A stretch of 24,090 nt of DNA. It comes from a virus (taxonomy: Duplodnaviria > Caudoviricetes). A program made the position numbers and the translations under genes. The notes under the pieces are model-generated. The model saw nothing but the letters and a program-made list of their open reading frames with translations, did not search any database and had not been told where the DNA came from. Shown piece after piece: positions 1 through 8,190 of the stretch (position 1 is the stretch's first letter; each line of letters opens with the position of its first letter). The stretch lies in IMG/VR virus record IMGVR_UViG_3300020438_000270, positions 1 to 24,090 of that record; one strand, given 5' to 3'.

Positions 1-213
1 GTCATAGATGAAAATAATATTATATGCAATGGATATAACGAGAAAGTATTCAAATATTTTGAGAAACATGGTGTCACTCCACATATTATAAATTTCAGAC
101 ATAGATACTTCTGGGATGGAGGTCTACATTGCGTAACCTCAGACTTACATCGTGAAGGAGAGCAAAAAGACTACTTCCCTGATAGAAATTACGTTTCAGA
201 TCTTATAGCATGA
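1..213 (+). CDS. Amidinotransferase/pentein-superfamily protein, C-terminal end (5' partial; not in ORF track)
   Basis: Frame 1 reads VIDENNIICNGYNEKVFKYFEKHGVTPHIINFRHRYFWDGGLHCVTSDLHREG...DLIA* (TGA 211-213). GGLHCxT-DLxR is the catalytic-Cys motif at the C-terminus of glycine/inosamine-phosphate amidinotransferases. The stop overlaps the next ATG (ATGA). Confidence 0.8.
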   Translation, partial: VIDENNIICNGYNEKVFKYFEKHGVTPHIINFRHRYFWDGGLHCVTSDLHREGEQKDYFPDRNYVSDLIA

Positions 214-653
214 AGGATTTACTCCAAGATTGGTTTGATTTTTTACAAAAACCTAACAAATCCTTTGATGGTATGCCACCATGTCCGTTTGCTAAGTCTG
301 CATTCCAGAGAAATAAGATAGAGATAGTGTCATACAAGAACATGCTCACAGTTATAGAGTATATGATGCAACCGTGGGAGAAGGAGGTGGTTATATTTGT
401 TATGGAGGATCATGGTGCATCATATCTACAGTGGTTAGTTATGAAATTGGGTATAATGTACCCTGATTTTGTGTTCTTAGAGGATCATCCTGACTTAGAG
501 GAGAATATTGATGGTAATATTATGAATAGTGGTAAGGTTTTATTGTTAGTGCAAGAAAGAAAGGAGTTAGAGGAAGCAAGAAAGGACTTGATGAAGTCAA
601 AATACTATGACAAATGGACGTTGGAACTCAAACAAAGAATATTCAATAGGTAA
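210..653 (+). CDS. Hypothetical protein with CPFA motif (DUF1415-like)
   Basis: 147 aa with GMPPCPFAK and a later DHP motif, resembling DUF1415-type proteins (from memory). Translationally coupled to the upstream gene. Confidence 0.55.
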   Translation: MKDLLQDWFDFLQKPNKSFDGMPPCPFAKSAFQRNKIEIVSYKNMLTVIEYMMQPWEKEVVIFVMEDHGASYLQWLVMKLGIMYPDFVFLEDHPDLEENIDGNIMNSGKVLLLVQERKELEEARKDLMKSKYYDKWTLELKQRIFNR

Positions 654-658
654 ATATA

Positions 659-667
659 TGTTATAAT
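659..667 (+). promoter_or_regulatory. Possible extended -10 sigma70-type promoter (TGnTATAAT)
   Basis: TGTTATAAT at 659-667 in the intergenic gap; no good -35 at 17 bp; a TAAATA hexamer also lies at 651-656. Confidence 0.4.
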
Positions 668-675
668 AAGTTTTT

Positions 676-837
676 ATGGAGCAACTGGTGTCTGATAGAG
701 TTTCTGATTTATGGGATGATATGGGAACACTAAACTCATTGTATTCTGAATTGTGTTGGAAAAATGATGATCCTATTGAGTTTGTTCCTGACTACGAGAA
801 CGATAGAATTATTATTAGGCGAAAAAAATGGAACTAA
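676..837 (+). CDS. Small acidic hypothetical protein (53 aa; below ORF-track cutoff)
   Basis: MEQLVSDRVSDLWDDMGTLNSLYSELCWKNDDPIEFVPDYENDRIIIRRKKWN*. It fills the gap and overlaps the gp62 start. Confidence 0.7.
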   Translation: MEQLVSDRVSDLWDDMGTLNSLYSELCWKNDDPIEFVPDYENDRIIIRRKKWN

Positions 838-1208
838 AAGACTGGTTGAAGTCTATCAATGAGACTAAGACCAATCTTGTTGATAATGACTCTACAATTG
901 AAACAAAATATCCTTCATATATTGTGAACAGGTGCATGTCTGGTCAAATAGACACCTTGATGTTTGCAAACGAGATGAACATCAACAATCATCTAGATAG
1001 CAAGTTACAATACGACTTTTTACTATATACTTTGAGGAAAAAGAAGAGATTTTCTCCTTGGATGAGAAAAAACGAACTGTCTAACCTAAGTATTGTGAAG
1101 GAATACTATGGGTACAGTGATGATAAAGCAAGACAAGTTCTACCTCTACTTACCGAAGACCAACTCAACATTATTACACGACGGTTGAATACCGGAGGAT
1201 TGAAATGA
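828..1208 (+). CDS. gp62: DNA polymerase clamp loader small subunit (T4 gp62-like)
   Basis: LKDWLKSIN...YIVNRCMS...FANEMN...LQYDFL...RKKKRFSPW...VKEYYGYS pattern; position directly before regA. Confidence 0.93.
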   Translation: MELKDWLKSINETKTNLVDNDSTIETKYPSYIVNRCMSGQIDTLMFANEMNINNHLDSKLQYDFLLYTLRKKKRFSPWMRKNELSNLSIVKEYYGYSDDKARQVLPLLTEDQLNIITRRLNTGGLK

Positions 1209-1636
1209 CTTTTGAAAACGAATTTGCTTGGTCTCCTGATAAAATGGTTGAGATAGTTCTCAAAGAACCTGATGATTTCTTGAAGGTTCGTGAGACTCTG
1301 ACCAGAATTGGAGTGGCATCAAGAAAAGAAAAAAAATTATACCAATCATGCCATATATTGCATAAGCAAGGTAGGTATTACATAGTACACTTCAAGGAAC
1401 TGTTTGCTTTGGATGGTAAACATGCTAACTTGACAGAGAATGATGTACAAAGACGTAATAGAATAATCAAATTACTTGTAGATTGGGGTTTAGTAGAAAT
1501 ATCTGCTGCTGGTTTAGATACTATAGAAAATATGTCATCACTGAATCAAATTAAAGTCATTTCATTCAAGAATAAAAAGGAATGGGAGTTGGAAACCAAA
1601 TATAATATAGGCAAGACAAAAGTAACTCCTAAATAA
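1205..1636 (+). CDS. regA: RegA translational repressor
   Basis: PDDFLKVRETLTRIGVAS...LYQSCHILHKQGRYYIVHFKELFALDG signature. Confidence 0.97.
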   Translation: MTFENEFAWSPDKMVEIVLKEPDDFLKVRETLTRIGVASRKEKKLYQSCHILHKQGRYYIVHFKELFALDGKHANLTENDVQRRNRIIKLLVDWGLVEISAAGLDTIENMSSLNQIKVISFKNKKEWELETKYNIGKTKVTPK

Positions 1637-1681
1637 AAAAGTCACCATCGAGGGGTGGACTTACGGATATACACAACTAAG

Positions 1682-1707
1682 AAAGGGGGTTTCCACGACC
1701 CCTTTTC
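1682..1707 (+). terminator. Rho-independent terminator after regA
   Basis: AAAGGGGGT-TTCCACG-ACCCCTTTTC inverted repeat with a short T tract. Confidence 0.7.
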
Positions 1708-1720
1708 TTATGTCTGATCA

Positions 1721-1776
1721 TATAATTAGTAGTGTCGCCTACGGGGACATACAATTAGACGCTCAAGGAGGTCACC
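1721..1776 (+). promoter_or_regulatory. hsp20 promoter/leader: TATAATTA, cUACGg hairpin, strong SD
   Basis: TATAATTA at 1721-1728 (a -10 box, or one mismatch from the T4 late TATAAATA). Hairpin GTGTCGCC-TACG-GGGACAT at 1732-1750. AAGGAGGT lies just before the ATG. Confidence 0.55.
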
Positions 1777-2211
1777 ATGTTCGGAAACGGATCAATAACG
1801 TTTACTGTGCCAGAAACACAGAAGTATCTTGAAAAGATACAAAAAAATATGATAGGGTTTGATGATTGGTATCACGAATTCGATCAGCACTTTGCAAACA
1901 CAAATTACCCACCTTATAATACTATCAAAGTATCTAATAATGAGTACAGGGTAGAGGTAGCATTAGCAGGATTCAAAAAAGATAACATCAAAGTCTATAC
2001 TGAGGAAGGTAGACTTGTTATTGAAGGAAAGAAACCAGACGGAGTAGAGCAAGACTACGTTCATAAAGGATTAGCACAACGTGCATTCAAACGCACTTGG
2101 TCTATGCCAAATGAATTAGAAGTCAAGTCTGTTAGATTTGAAGACGGTTTAGTATTGATAGACATTCAAAAACTAATTCCAGAAGCACATCAACGAAAAG
2201 ACTGGCTCTAA
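1777..2211 (+). CDS. hsp20: Small heat shock protein (Hsp20/alpha-crystallin)
   Basis: NYPPYN...EVALAGF...YVHKGLAQRAFKRTW...FEDGLV; the regA-hsp20 order is typical of cyanomyoviruses. Confidence 0.95.
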   Translation: MFGNGSITFTVPETQKYLEKIQKNMIGFDDWYHEFDQHFANTNYPPYNTIKVSNNEYRVEVALAGFKKDNIKVYTEEGRLVIEGKKPDGVEQDYVHKGLAQRAFKRTWSMPNELEVKSVRFEDGLVLIDIQKLIPEAHQRKDWL

Positions 2212-2237
2212 ATAATACTACAACAGGGTAGTATTGA

Positions 2238-2978
2238 GTGTACAAGAAAGTCTTGCATCATATAAAAGCGTCAGATCTACGGGAAACCGCAGGTCTGACT
2301 TTGCGTTTTAGGGATGAACTAAATGATAAGTTTTGGATAGGTGGTACGTTGAGACCTCAGGTTCGTAGATCTATTATGAACTTTGCCAAAGCATTTTCTG
2401 ATTACGTTGACCTAAATGACAGAGCAATCGTTGACGTACTTATGTTAGGTGGTAATGCAGGGTATAACTACACAAAATATTCTGATATTGATGTGCATTT
2501 AGTCGTAGATACAAATTATATTCCAAAGTGCGATCCTTTATTTCTTGATGACTACTACATGGATAAGAAAACATTATGGGAATTGACTCATGATGTAAAG
2601 ATATATGGTGTTCCAGTAGAACCATATATTGAAAGACCTGGTATAACACGTAAGAAGTGTCAAGGTGTATACAGTGTATTGAAAGGATATTGGATACAGG
2701 AACCAACAAAGTTTGAGGATGACTTTGATGAGAATGAACTAGAAAAGAAAACAAATAACCTCAAGAATAAGATAGACACACTAATAAAATCAGAGAAACC
2801 AGAAGCATTGAAGTCGATTGTAAATAAATTGAGGATGGCAAGAGCATCATCATTAGATCAATATGGTGAGTATGGTTTTGAAAATCTTGTGTTCAAAGAA
2901 TTACGTAACAGTGGGTACATAGACAAAGTACGTAGTTCTATGCTATCATTGAAGAATAAAAGTTTATCTTTATTATGA
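2238..2978 (+). CDS. Pol-beta-superfamily nucleotidyltransferase-like protein
   Basis: LGGNAGYNYTKYSDIDVH matches hG[GS]x(9-13)DhD, with a third acidic residue candidate in PVEPY. GTG start; TAAATA at 2209-2214 upstream. Confidence 0.75.
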   Translation: MYKKVLHHIKASDLRETAGLTLRFRDELNDKFWIGGTLRPQVRRSIMNFAKAFSDYVDLNDRAIVDVLMLGGNAGYNYTKYSDIDVHLVVDTNYIPKCDPLFLDDYYMDKKTLWELTHDVKIYGVPVEPYIERPGITRKKCQGVYSVLKGYWIQEPTKFEDDFDENELEKKTNNLKNKIDTLIKSEKPEALKSIVNKLRMARASSLDQYGEYGFENLVFKELRNSGYIDKVRSSMLSLKNKSLSLL

Positions 2979-3244
2979 TAAAAGTTATAATACTAAAAGC
3001 ACCTGCAATAAGTCTTATTGCTAGATTGGAAGAAGTTGCAGCAGTAGTTCCTGGCGAACCAGATTGCAAACTAACAGATCCATTTGAGGTAAAGGGTGAA
3101 TATCTTGAATCATGGCCAGCATGTTCTCTACAACGTGAGATGATGATGAGTTCCGATAGTTTTCTTACCATATTAGAACCAGATAAAGCACAATTAGATA
3201 AGTATCAAGCATTGACTGCTACCAATGTCACAGAAAAGTCTTAG
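2975..3244 (+). CDS. Small hypothetical protein (type usually seen upstream of gp43 in cyanophages)
   Basis: 89 aa, GEPDCKLTDPF...WP...SSDSFLTILEP; overlaps neighbours at both ends. Confidence 0.7.
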   Translation: MIKVIILKAPAISLIARLEEVAAVVPGEPDCKLTDPFEVKGEYLESWPACSLQREMMMSSDSFLTILEPDKAQLDKYQALTATNVTEKS

Positions 3245-4649
3245 AATACTTTGGTTATATCCTAATCAGCACATGAGGGTGACACCACCTGGTGGTATCG
3301 CAATACTAACAGCATGTCTCAAGAGAGCAGGGTACAATGACATAGACTTATTTGATGCCACATGGTATCCAGTGGATGAAGATGCAGTATTTGCACGTCC
3401 CGATAGAGATAGAGAAAGAGAAAAGAGACAGATGTTCCCAGAATACAAATGGGAGAGAGAAGATATAGATCTTAGTCTAGAAAATGAGAGTATGTATGTG
3501 GCATGGAGAAATAAAGTAATTGAATATAAACCAGATGTCATCATATCATCTGTTGTAGAGGACACATACTATCTGTGGCAGAAATTTATGGATCAGATCA
3601 CAGATCAGAAGTTTATTAGTATCTGTGGTGGTGTCTTTTGCACATATTATCCGCAAGCATTTGAAGGTAAGTGTGATTATATTCTGAGAGGTGAGGGTGA
3701 TGAAGCTTTACCAGAGTTGATGGATCTACTCAACGAAGGGAAGACAGGACATCACCTGATGAACGTACATCCTAATCAGATGAGACCTGCAATAAATGTG
3801 AACACCTTACCAGTTACTGATCACGATATATTTCCACCAAAATCGTTGTACAGACCGTTCCAAGGTAAGATTATCAAGATAGGTGTGTCAGAAACACAGC
3901 GTGGATGTCCATTCAAGTGTAAGTTTTGTAACTCACCATCTAATGCGGGGTTGTATAAGGAGGAGACTGATAGTTTATTCTTTAGAAAAAGGACTGTAGA
4001 GCACCAAGAGGAGGAGTTGAAGCATCTAATAGATCATCACAAGATAGAAGTGTTGTGGATATTGACAGATACTTTTCTTACTATGTCAAAGAAAGAGTTT
4101 GACAAATGGGCAACGATGTATAGTAAATACAAACTACCTTTCTTTACACAAACACGTCCAGAGTTGTTGACAGCATACCAAGCAAAGACACTCAAGGAGT
4201 TAGGATGTGTGAAATTGAATATGGGTGTAGAGCATGGTGACCCACAATTTCGTAAAGATGTTATTGGTAGGATATATGATAATGAAAGAGCGATAGAAGC
4301 ATTTGGAATTGCAAATGATGCAGGTCTTTCTACCACATGCAATTTTATTATTGGATATCCATATGAGACTATGGAGCAGTGTATGAAATCTGTAGAGTTG
4401 GCAGCACAATTACACTGTGATGACACAAATGCATTCATCTACACACCATACCATGGCACACCTATGAGAGATATGTGTGTCGAGGCAGGTTTTGTTGACA
4501 AAGACCTTATTGTAGAGATGAGGAATGATGAACAAGGCACATATCTTAACATGCCATCACCATACATGAGCAAAGAAGATATACAATATATGTTTGATAA
4601 TTTTGTTAGGTTGTTTAGGGAACGTGAACGTGCTATTATGTCTGCATGA
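3225..4649 (+). CDS. Cobalamin-binding radical SAM enzyme (class B methyltransferase-like)
   Basis: N-terminal B12-binding-like domain (PPGGIAILTACLK...GGVFCT..P...RGEGDE), then QRGCPFKCKFC (CxxxCxxC), DTF, GVEHG, FIIGYPYET and TPYHGTP motifs. Confidence 0.9.
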   Translation: MSQKSLRILWLYPNQHMRVTPPGGIAILTACLKRAGYNDIDLFDATWYPVDEDAVFARPDRDREREKRQMFPEYKWEREDIDLSLENESMYVAWRNKVIEYKPDVIISSVVEDTYYLWQKFMDQITDQKFISICGGVFCTYYPQAFEGKCDYILRGEGDEALPELMDLLNEGKTGHHLMNVHPNQMRPAINVNTLPVTDHDIFPPKSLYRPFQGKIIKIGVSETQRGCPFKCKFCNSPSNAGLYKEETDSLFFRKRTVEHQEEELKHLIDHHKIEVLWILTDTFLTMSKKEFDKWATMYSKYKLPFFTQTRPELLTAYQAKTLKELGCVKLNMGVEHGDPQFRKDVIGRIYDNERAIEAFGIANDAGLSTTCNFIIGYPYETMEQCMKSVELAAQLHCDDTNAFIYTPYHGTPMRDMCVEAGFVDKDLIVEMRNDEQGTYLNMPSPYMSKEDIQYMFDNFVRLFRERERAIMSA

Positions 4650-7141
4650 GATATTACACTAACGTCCAGATGGTCGGGAATGATTTTCTTGTCCGTGGAT
4701 ATGAGGATGGCAAGTCGTTCACAACTAGAGAGAAATATAATCCTACACTTTTTGTGCCAAGCAAGAAGAGGACAAAATATAAAACATTAGATGGCAAATA
4801 TGTACAGAGCGTCAAACCTGGTTCTGTAAGAGACTGTAGAGAGTTTTATAGAACACATGGTGAGGTAAAAGGATTTGAAATATTTGGAAACAACAGATAC
4901 ATCTATCAATATATCTCTGACAAATACCCAGAGAAAGAAATAACATTTGACATCAATAAGATCAAACTTGTAACGATTGATATTGAAGTCAAGTCAGAGA
5001 AAGGATTCCCTACAGTACAGGCATGTGATGAGGAGATGCTTTGCATTACATTACAGGACTATGCTACTAAAAGAATACTTACATTTGGTGTAGGTCCTTA
5101 CCATCACAATGACCCAATGGTCAAGTATGTACAGTGTAATGATGAGTATGATATGCTCCAGCATTTTATAACATACTGGTCAGCAAATCCACCAGAAGTT
5201 GTGACAGGATGGAACTGTCAGTTATATGATATAGCATATCTTGCTAAGAGAATTACTAGAGTTCTGGGTGAGAAGTCATGTAAAAAATTATCACCATGGG
5301 GTCTAGTAACTAATGAAGAAATTTATCTACAGGGTAGAGCACATACTGTATATGATATTGGTGGTGTAACTGTACTGGATTACCTTGACCTGTATCGTAA
5401 GTTTACATATAAAGCACAGGAGTCATACAAACTAGACTACATTGGTGAAGTAGAACTGGGTCAGAAAAAGTTAGATCACTCAGAGTTTGACACCTTCAAA
5501 GATTTTTATACTAAAGCATGGAATAAGTTTGTAGACTACAACATCCAAGACGTTAGACTTGTTGACTCCCTAGAGGAGAAGATGAAGTTGATTGAACTTG
5601 CTGTAACTATGGCATATGATGCCAAGGTAAACTTTACAGATGTGTTTTATCAGGTTAGAATGTGGGATATGATAATATACAATGACCTTAAACGAAAGGG
5701 CATTGTAATACCACCTAAGAAAGATGAATCTAAAAGCGAAAAGTATGCAGGAGCGTATGTCAAAGAACCTATACCTGGTATCTACGACTGGGTTGTTTCT
5801 TTTGACCTCAATAGTCTATATCCTCATCTTATTATGCAGTACAATATATCTCCAGAGACTCTTCTGGATGAGAGATATCCTAATGTAAGTGTTGATAAGT
5901 TACTGAATGAAGAGGTAGATCTATCTGGTTTAGATGGTGTGACTGTGTGTCCTAATGGTGCCATGTTTACTACAGAGAAACAAGGGTTCCTACCTAAATT
6001 GATGGACAAGATATACAGTGAACGTGTTGTCTTCAAGAAGAAGATGATCAAAGCAAAGAAAGCATACGAGAAGAATCCTACTAAAGACTTAGAAAGAGAA
6101 ATATCTAGATGTAATAATATACAGATGGCAAAGAAGATACAATTGAACTCTGCTTATGGTGCGATAGGTAATAATTACTTTCGCTATTATAAGTTAGAGA
6201 ACGCTGAAGCAATAACGCTAGGCGGTCAGTTCTCTATTCGCTGGATTGAGAATAGAATGAACAAATACATGAACAAAATTTTAAAAACTAATGAGGTTGA
6301 TTATGTCATTGCTTCTGATACCGATTCCATTTATCTCAATATGGGTCCTCTGGTCGAGGTTATATACAAGGAACGAGAGAAGACTACTGAGAGCATTGTT
6401 GGGTTCCTTGATAAGATCTGTGAAGTGGAATTTGAGAGGTATATTTCGAGTTCTTACGAAGCGTTGGCCACGTACGTCAATGCCTTTGAACAGAAAATGT
6501 TTATGAAACGTGAGACGATAGCAGAGAGAGGTATATGGACAGCGAAAAAAAGATACATTCTAAATGCATGGGACATAGAAGGTGTGAGGTTTGCAGAACC
6601 TAAGTTGAAGATCATGGGAATAGAAGCAGTCAAGTCTTCTACCCCTGCTCCATGTAGACAGATGATTAAAGAAGCATTAAGAATTATCATGAGTGGTACA
6701 GAGGATAACGTGATAGATTATATCGCAGATATGCGTAAGAAATTCAATCAGATGGAAGCAAGTCTCATTGCCTTTCCTAGATCTTGCAACAATGTAGACA
6801 AATATCATAGTAATTTTTCCATCTATTCTAAAGGTACACCTATCCATGTGAGGGGTGCTTTACTACACAATCACTACATTAAGAAGAATGTGTTGGAATC
6901 TAAATATAGTTGTATAAACAATGGCGACAAAATAAAATTTTGTTACCTTTCAAAACCAAACCCTATCAGAGAAAATGTTATCTCTTTTATGGGTGAGTTG
7001 CCTACAGAATTAGGACTCAATCAGTACATCGATTATACTTTGATGTTTGACAAATCATTTGTTGAACCACTAAAGGCAGTATTAGATGCTATTGGATGGT
7101 CTGTTGAGAGACATGCAACTCTTGAAAGTTTTTTTACTTGA
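4646..7141 (+). CDS. gp43: Family B DNA polymerase (T4 gp43)
   Basis: ExoI DIE; SFDLNSLYPHLI; KKIQLNSAYG; ASDTDS; KKRY. 831 aa, uninterrupted. Confidence 0.98.
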   Translation: MRYYTNVQMVGNDFLVRGYEDGKSFTTREKYNPTLFVPSKKRTKYKTLDGKYVQSVKPGSVRDCREFYRTHGEVKGFEIFGNNRYIYQYISDKYPEKEITFDINKIKLVTIDIEVKSEKGFPTVQACDEEMLCITLQDYATKRILTFGVGPYHHNDPMVKYVQCNDEYDMLQHFITYWSANPPEVVTGWNCQLYDIAYLAKRITRVLGEKSCKKLSPWGLVTNEEIYLQGRAHTVYDIGGVTVLDYLDLYRKFTYKAQESYKLDYIGEVELGQKKLDHSEFDTFKDFYTKAWNKFVDYNIQDVRLVDSLEEKMKLIELAVTMAYDAKVNFTDVFYQVRMWDMIIYNDLKRKGIVIPPKKDESKSEKYAGAYVKEPIPGIYDWVVSFDLNSLYPHLIMQYNISPETLLDERYPNVSVDKLLNEEVDLSGLDGVTVCPNGAMFTTEKQGFLPKLMDKIYSERVVFKKKMIKAKKAYEKNPTKDLEREISRCNNIQMAKKIQLNSAYGAIGNNYFRYYKLENAEAITLGGQFSIRWIENRMNKYMNKILKTNEVDYVIASDTDSIYLNMGPLVEVIYKEREKTTESIVGFLDKICEVEFERYISSSYEALATYVNAFEQKMFMKRETIAERGIWTAKKRYILNAWDIEGVRFAEPKLKIMGIEAVKSSTPAPCRQMIKEALRIIMSGTEDNVIDYIADMRKKFNQMEASLIAFPRSCNNVDKYHSNFSIYSKGTPIHVRGALLHNHYIKKNVLESKYSCINNGDKIKFCYLSKPNPIRENVISFMGELPTELGLNQYIDYTLMFDKSFVEPLKAVLDAIGWSVERHATLESFFT

Positions 7142-7150
7142 TGGTATAAT
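7122..7150 (+). promoter_or_regulatory. Host-sigma70-like (early/middle) promoter
   Basis: TTGAAA (7122-7127), 17 bp spacer, TATAAT (7145-7150), plus extended TG at 7142-7143. It overlaps the gp43 3' end. Confidence 0.75.
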
Positions 7151-7200
7151 AAGAGCACACAGAACAACTGCCTTGTAGTAGTTCATTACCCCTATACAGT

Positions 7201-7380
7201 ATGGATTTACCTATTGATAAAGAAGAGTTTGATTACATTGTAACTGCTCTTTGGAAATGTAGAAAATCAGAAGACAAATGCAATGATTTGTATGAGAAAC
7301 TGATGCTAGTAAAAGAGTACAACGATCAGGGGTTACCTTATAAGAAAATACTCAGAGAAAAACACGGGATCGTAGCATGA
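7201..7380 (+). CDS. Small hypothetical protein (59 aa; not in ORF track)
   Basis: MDLPIDKEEFDYIVTALWKCRKSEDKCNDLYEKLMLVKEYNDQGLPYKKILREKHGIVA*. First ORF after the promoter; ATGA overlap with the next ORF. Confidence 0.75.
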   Translation: MDLPIDKEEFDYIVTALWKCRKSEDKCNDLYEKLMLVKEYNDQGLPYKKILREKHGIVA

Positions 7381-7583
7381 AATTCTATGGAGCAACTGGT
7401 AAAGGGAGACTTCCAATGTTATTGGATGTACTAAGTCTTAAGCATAATCCTAAATTTGCATATGCACTGTATCACCCCTCGAATAGTTGGCCAGTTGTTT
7501 GGTACGATGAAGCAATAGAAGCAAGAAGAAATAAAAAACGTATTCAAAAAGAGAAGATAGATAGATTATATCCTAAGGCATAA
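7377..7583 (+). CDS. Hypothetical protein (68 aa)
   Basis: Coupled at both ends (ATGA, TAATG); no recognisable motif. Confidence 0.6.
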   Translation: MKFYGATGKGRLPMLLDVLSLKHNPKFAYALYHPSNSWPVVWYDEAIEARRNKKRIQKEKIDRLYPKA

Positions 7584-8041
7584 TGTTTTTTGAAAAAGTG
7601 AGTTTGGTCACGGGTGGGTTTGATCCCATCCACAGTGGTCACATAAGTTATTTTGAACGAGCAAAAGATCTATCAAACTACCTAGTGGTAGGGTTGAATG
7701 GTGATCCATGGTTGACTAGAAAGAAAGGACAATACTTTCAAAGTTGGACTGAGAGAGCAAATATAGTAAGACATCTTAATATGGTTGACGCTGTGGTATC
7801 ATGGGACGATGCTGACGATTCTGCATGCGGTGCGATAGCAAAGTGTCTTGAGATATCTCAAGAGGTTATCTTCTGTAATGGTGGAGACAGAGGTAAGGGG
7901 AACACTCCCGAACTTGACAAATACCAAAATGATGGTAGAGTTAAGTTTGAATGGGGTATCGGTGGCACAGATAAAATGAACAGTAGTTCATGGATTCTCC
8001 ACGGATACTTTGAAAGACAACGTAAACTTCTCGGCATATGA
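7583..8041 (+). CDS. Cytidylyltransferase-like (HIGH-family) nucleotidyltransferase
   Basis: VTGGFDPIHSGH (HxGH), LVVGLNGD, NGGDR, KMNSSSW; TagD/RfaE-II-like. Confidence 0.9.
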   Translation: MFFEKVSLVTGGFDPIHSGHISYFERAKDLSNYLVVGLNGDPWLTRKKGQYFQSWTERANIVRHLNMVDAVVSWDDADDSACGAIAKCLEISQEVIFCNGGDRGKGNTPELDKYQNDGRVKFEWGIGGTDKMNSSSWILHGYFERQRKLLGI

Positions 8042-8190
8042 ATTGTTGGCACTGCAAAACTGAACTCATATGGGGTTCAGATTTCAATGGCGAAGACTTT
8101 GGATGTGAAGACGAATATTCTATCGTCTCCATACTCTCATGTCCTAAATGCGAATCACATGTCGAGGTTTATTATCCTAATAAAAACTAA
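8038..8190 (+). CDS. Small zinc-ribbon protein (50 aa; not in ORF track)
   Basis: MNCWHCKTELIWGSD...LSCPKCESHVEVYYPNKN* with two CxxC pairs. ATGA overlap upstream and TAATG overlap with uvsX. Confidence 0.8.
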   Translation: MNCWHCKTELIWGSDFNGEDFGCEDEYSIVSILSCPKCESHVEVYYPNKN

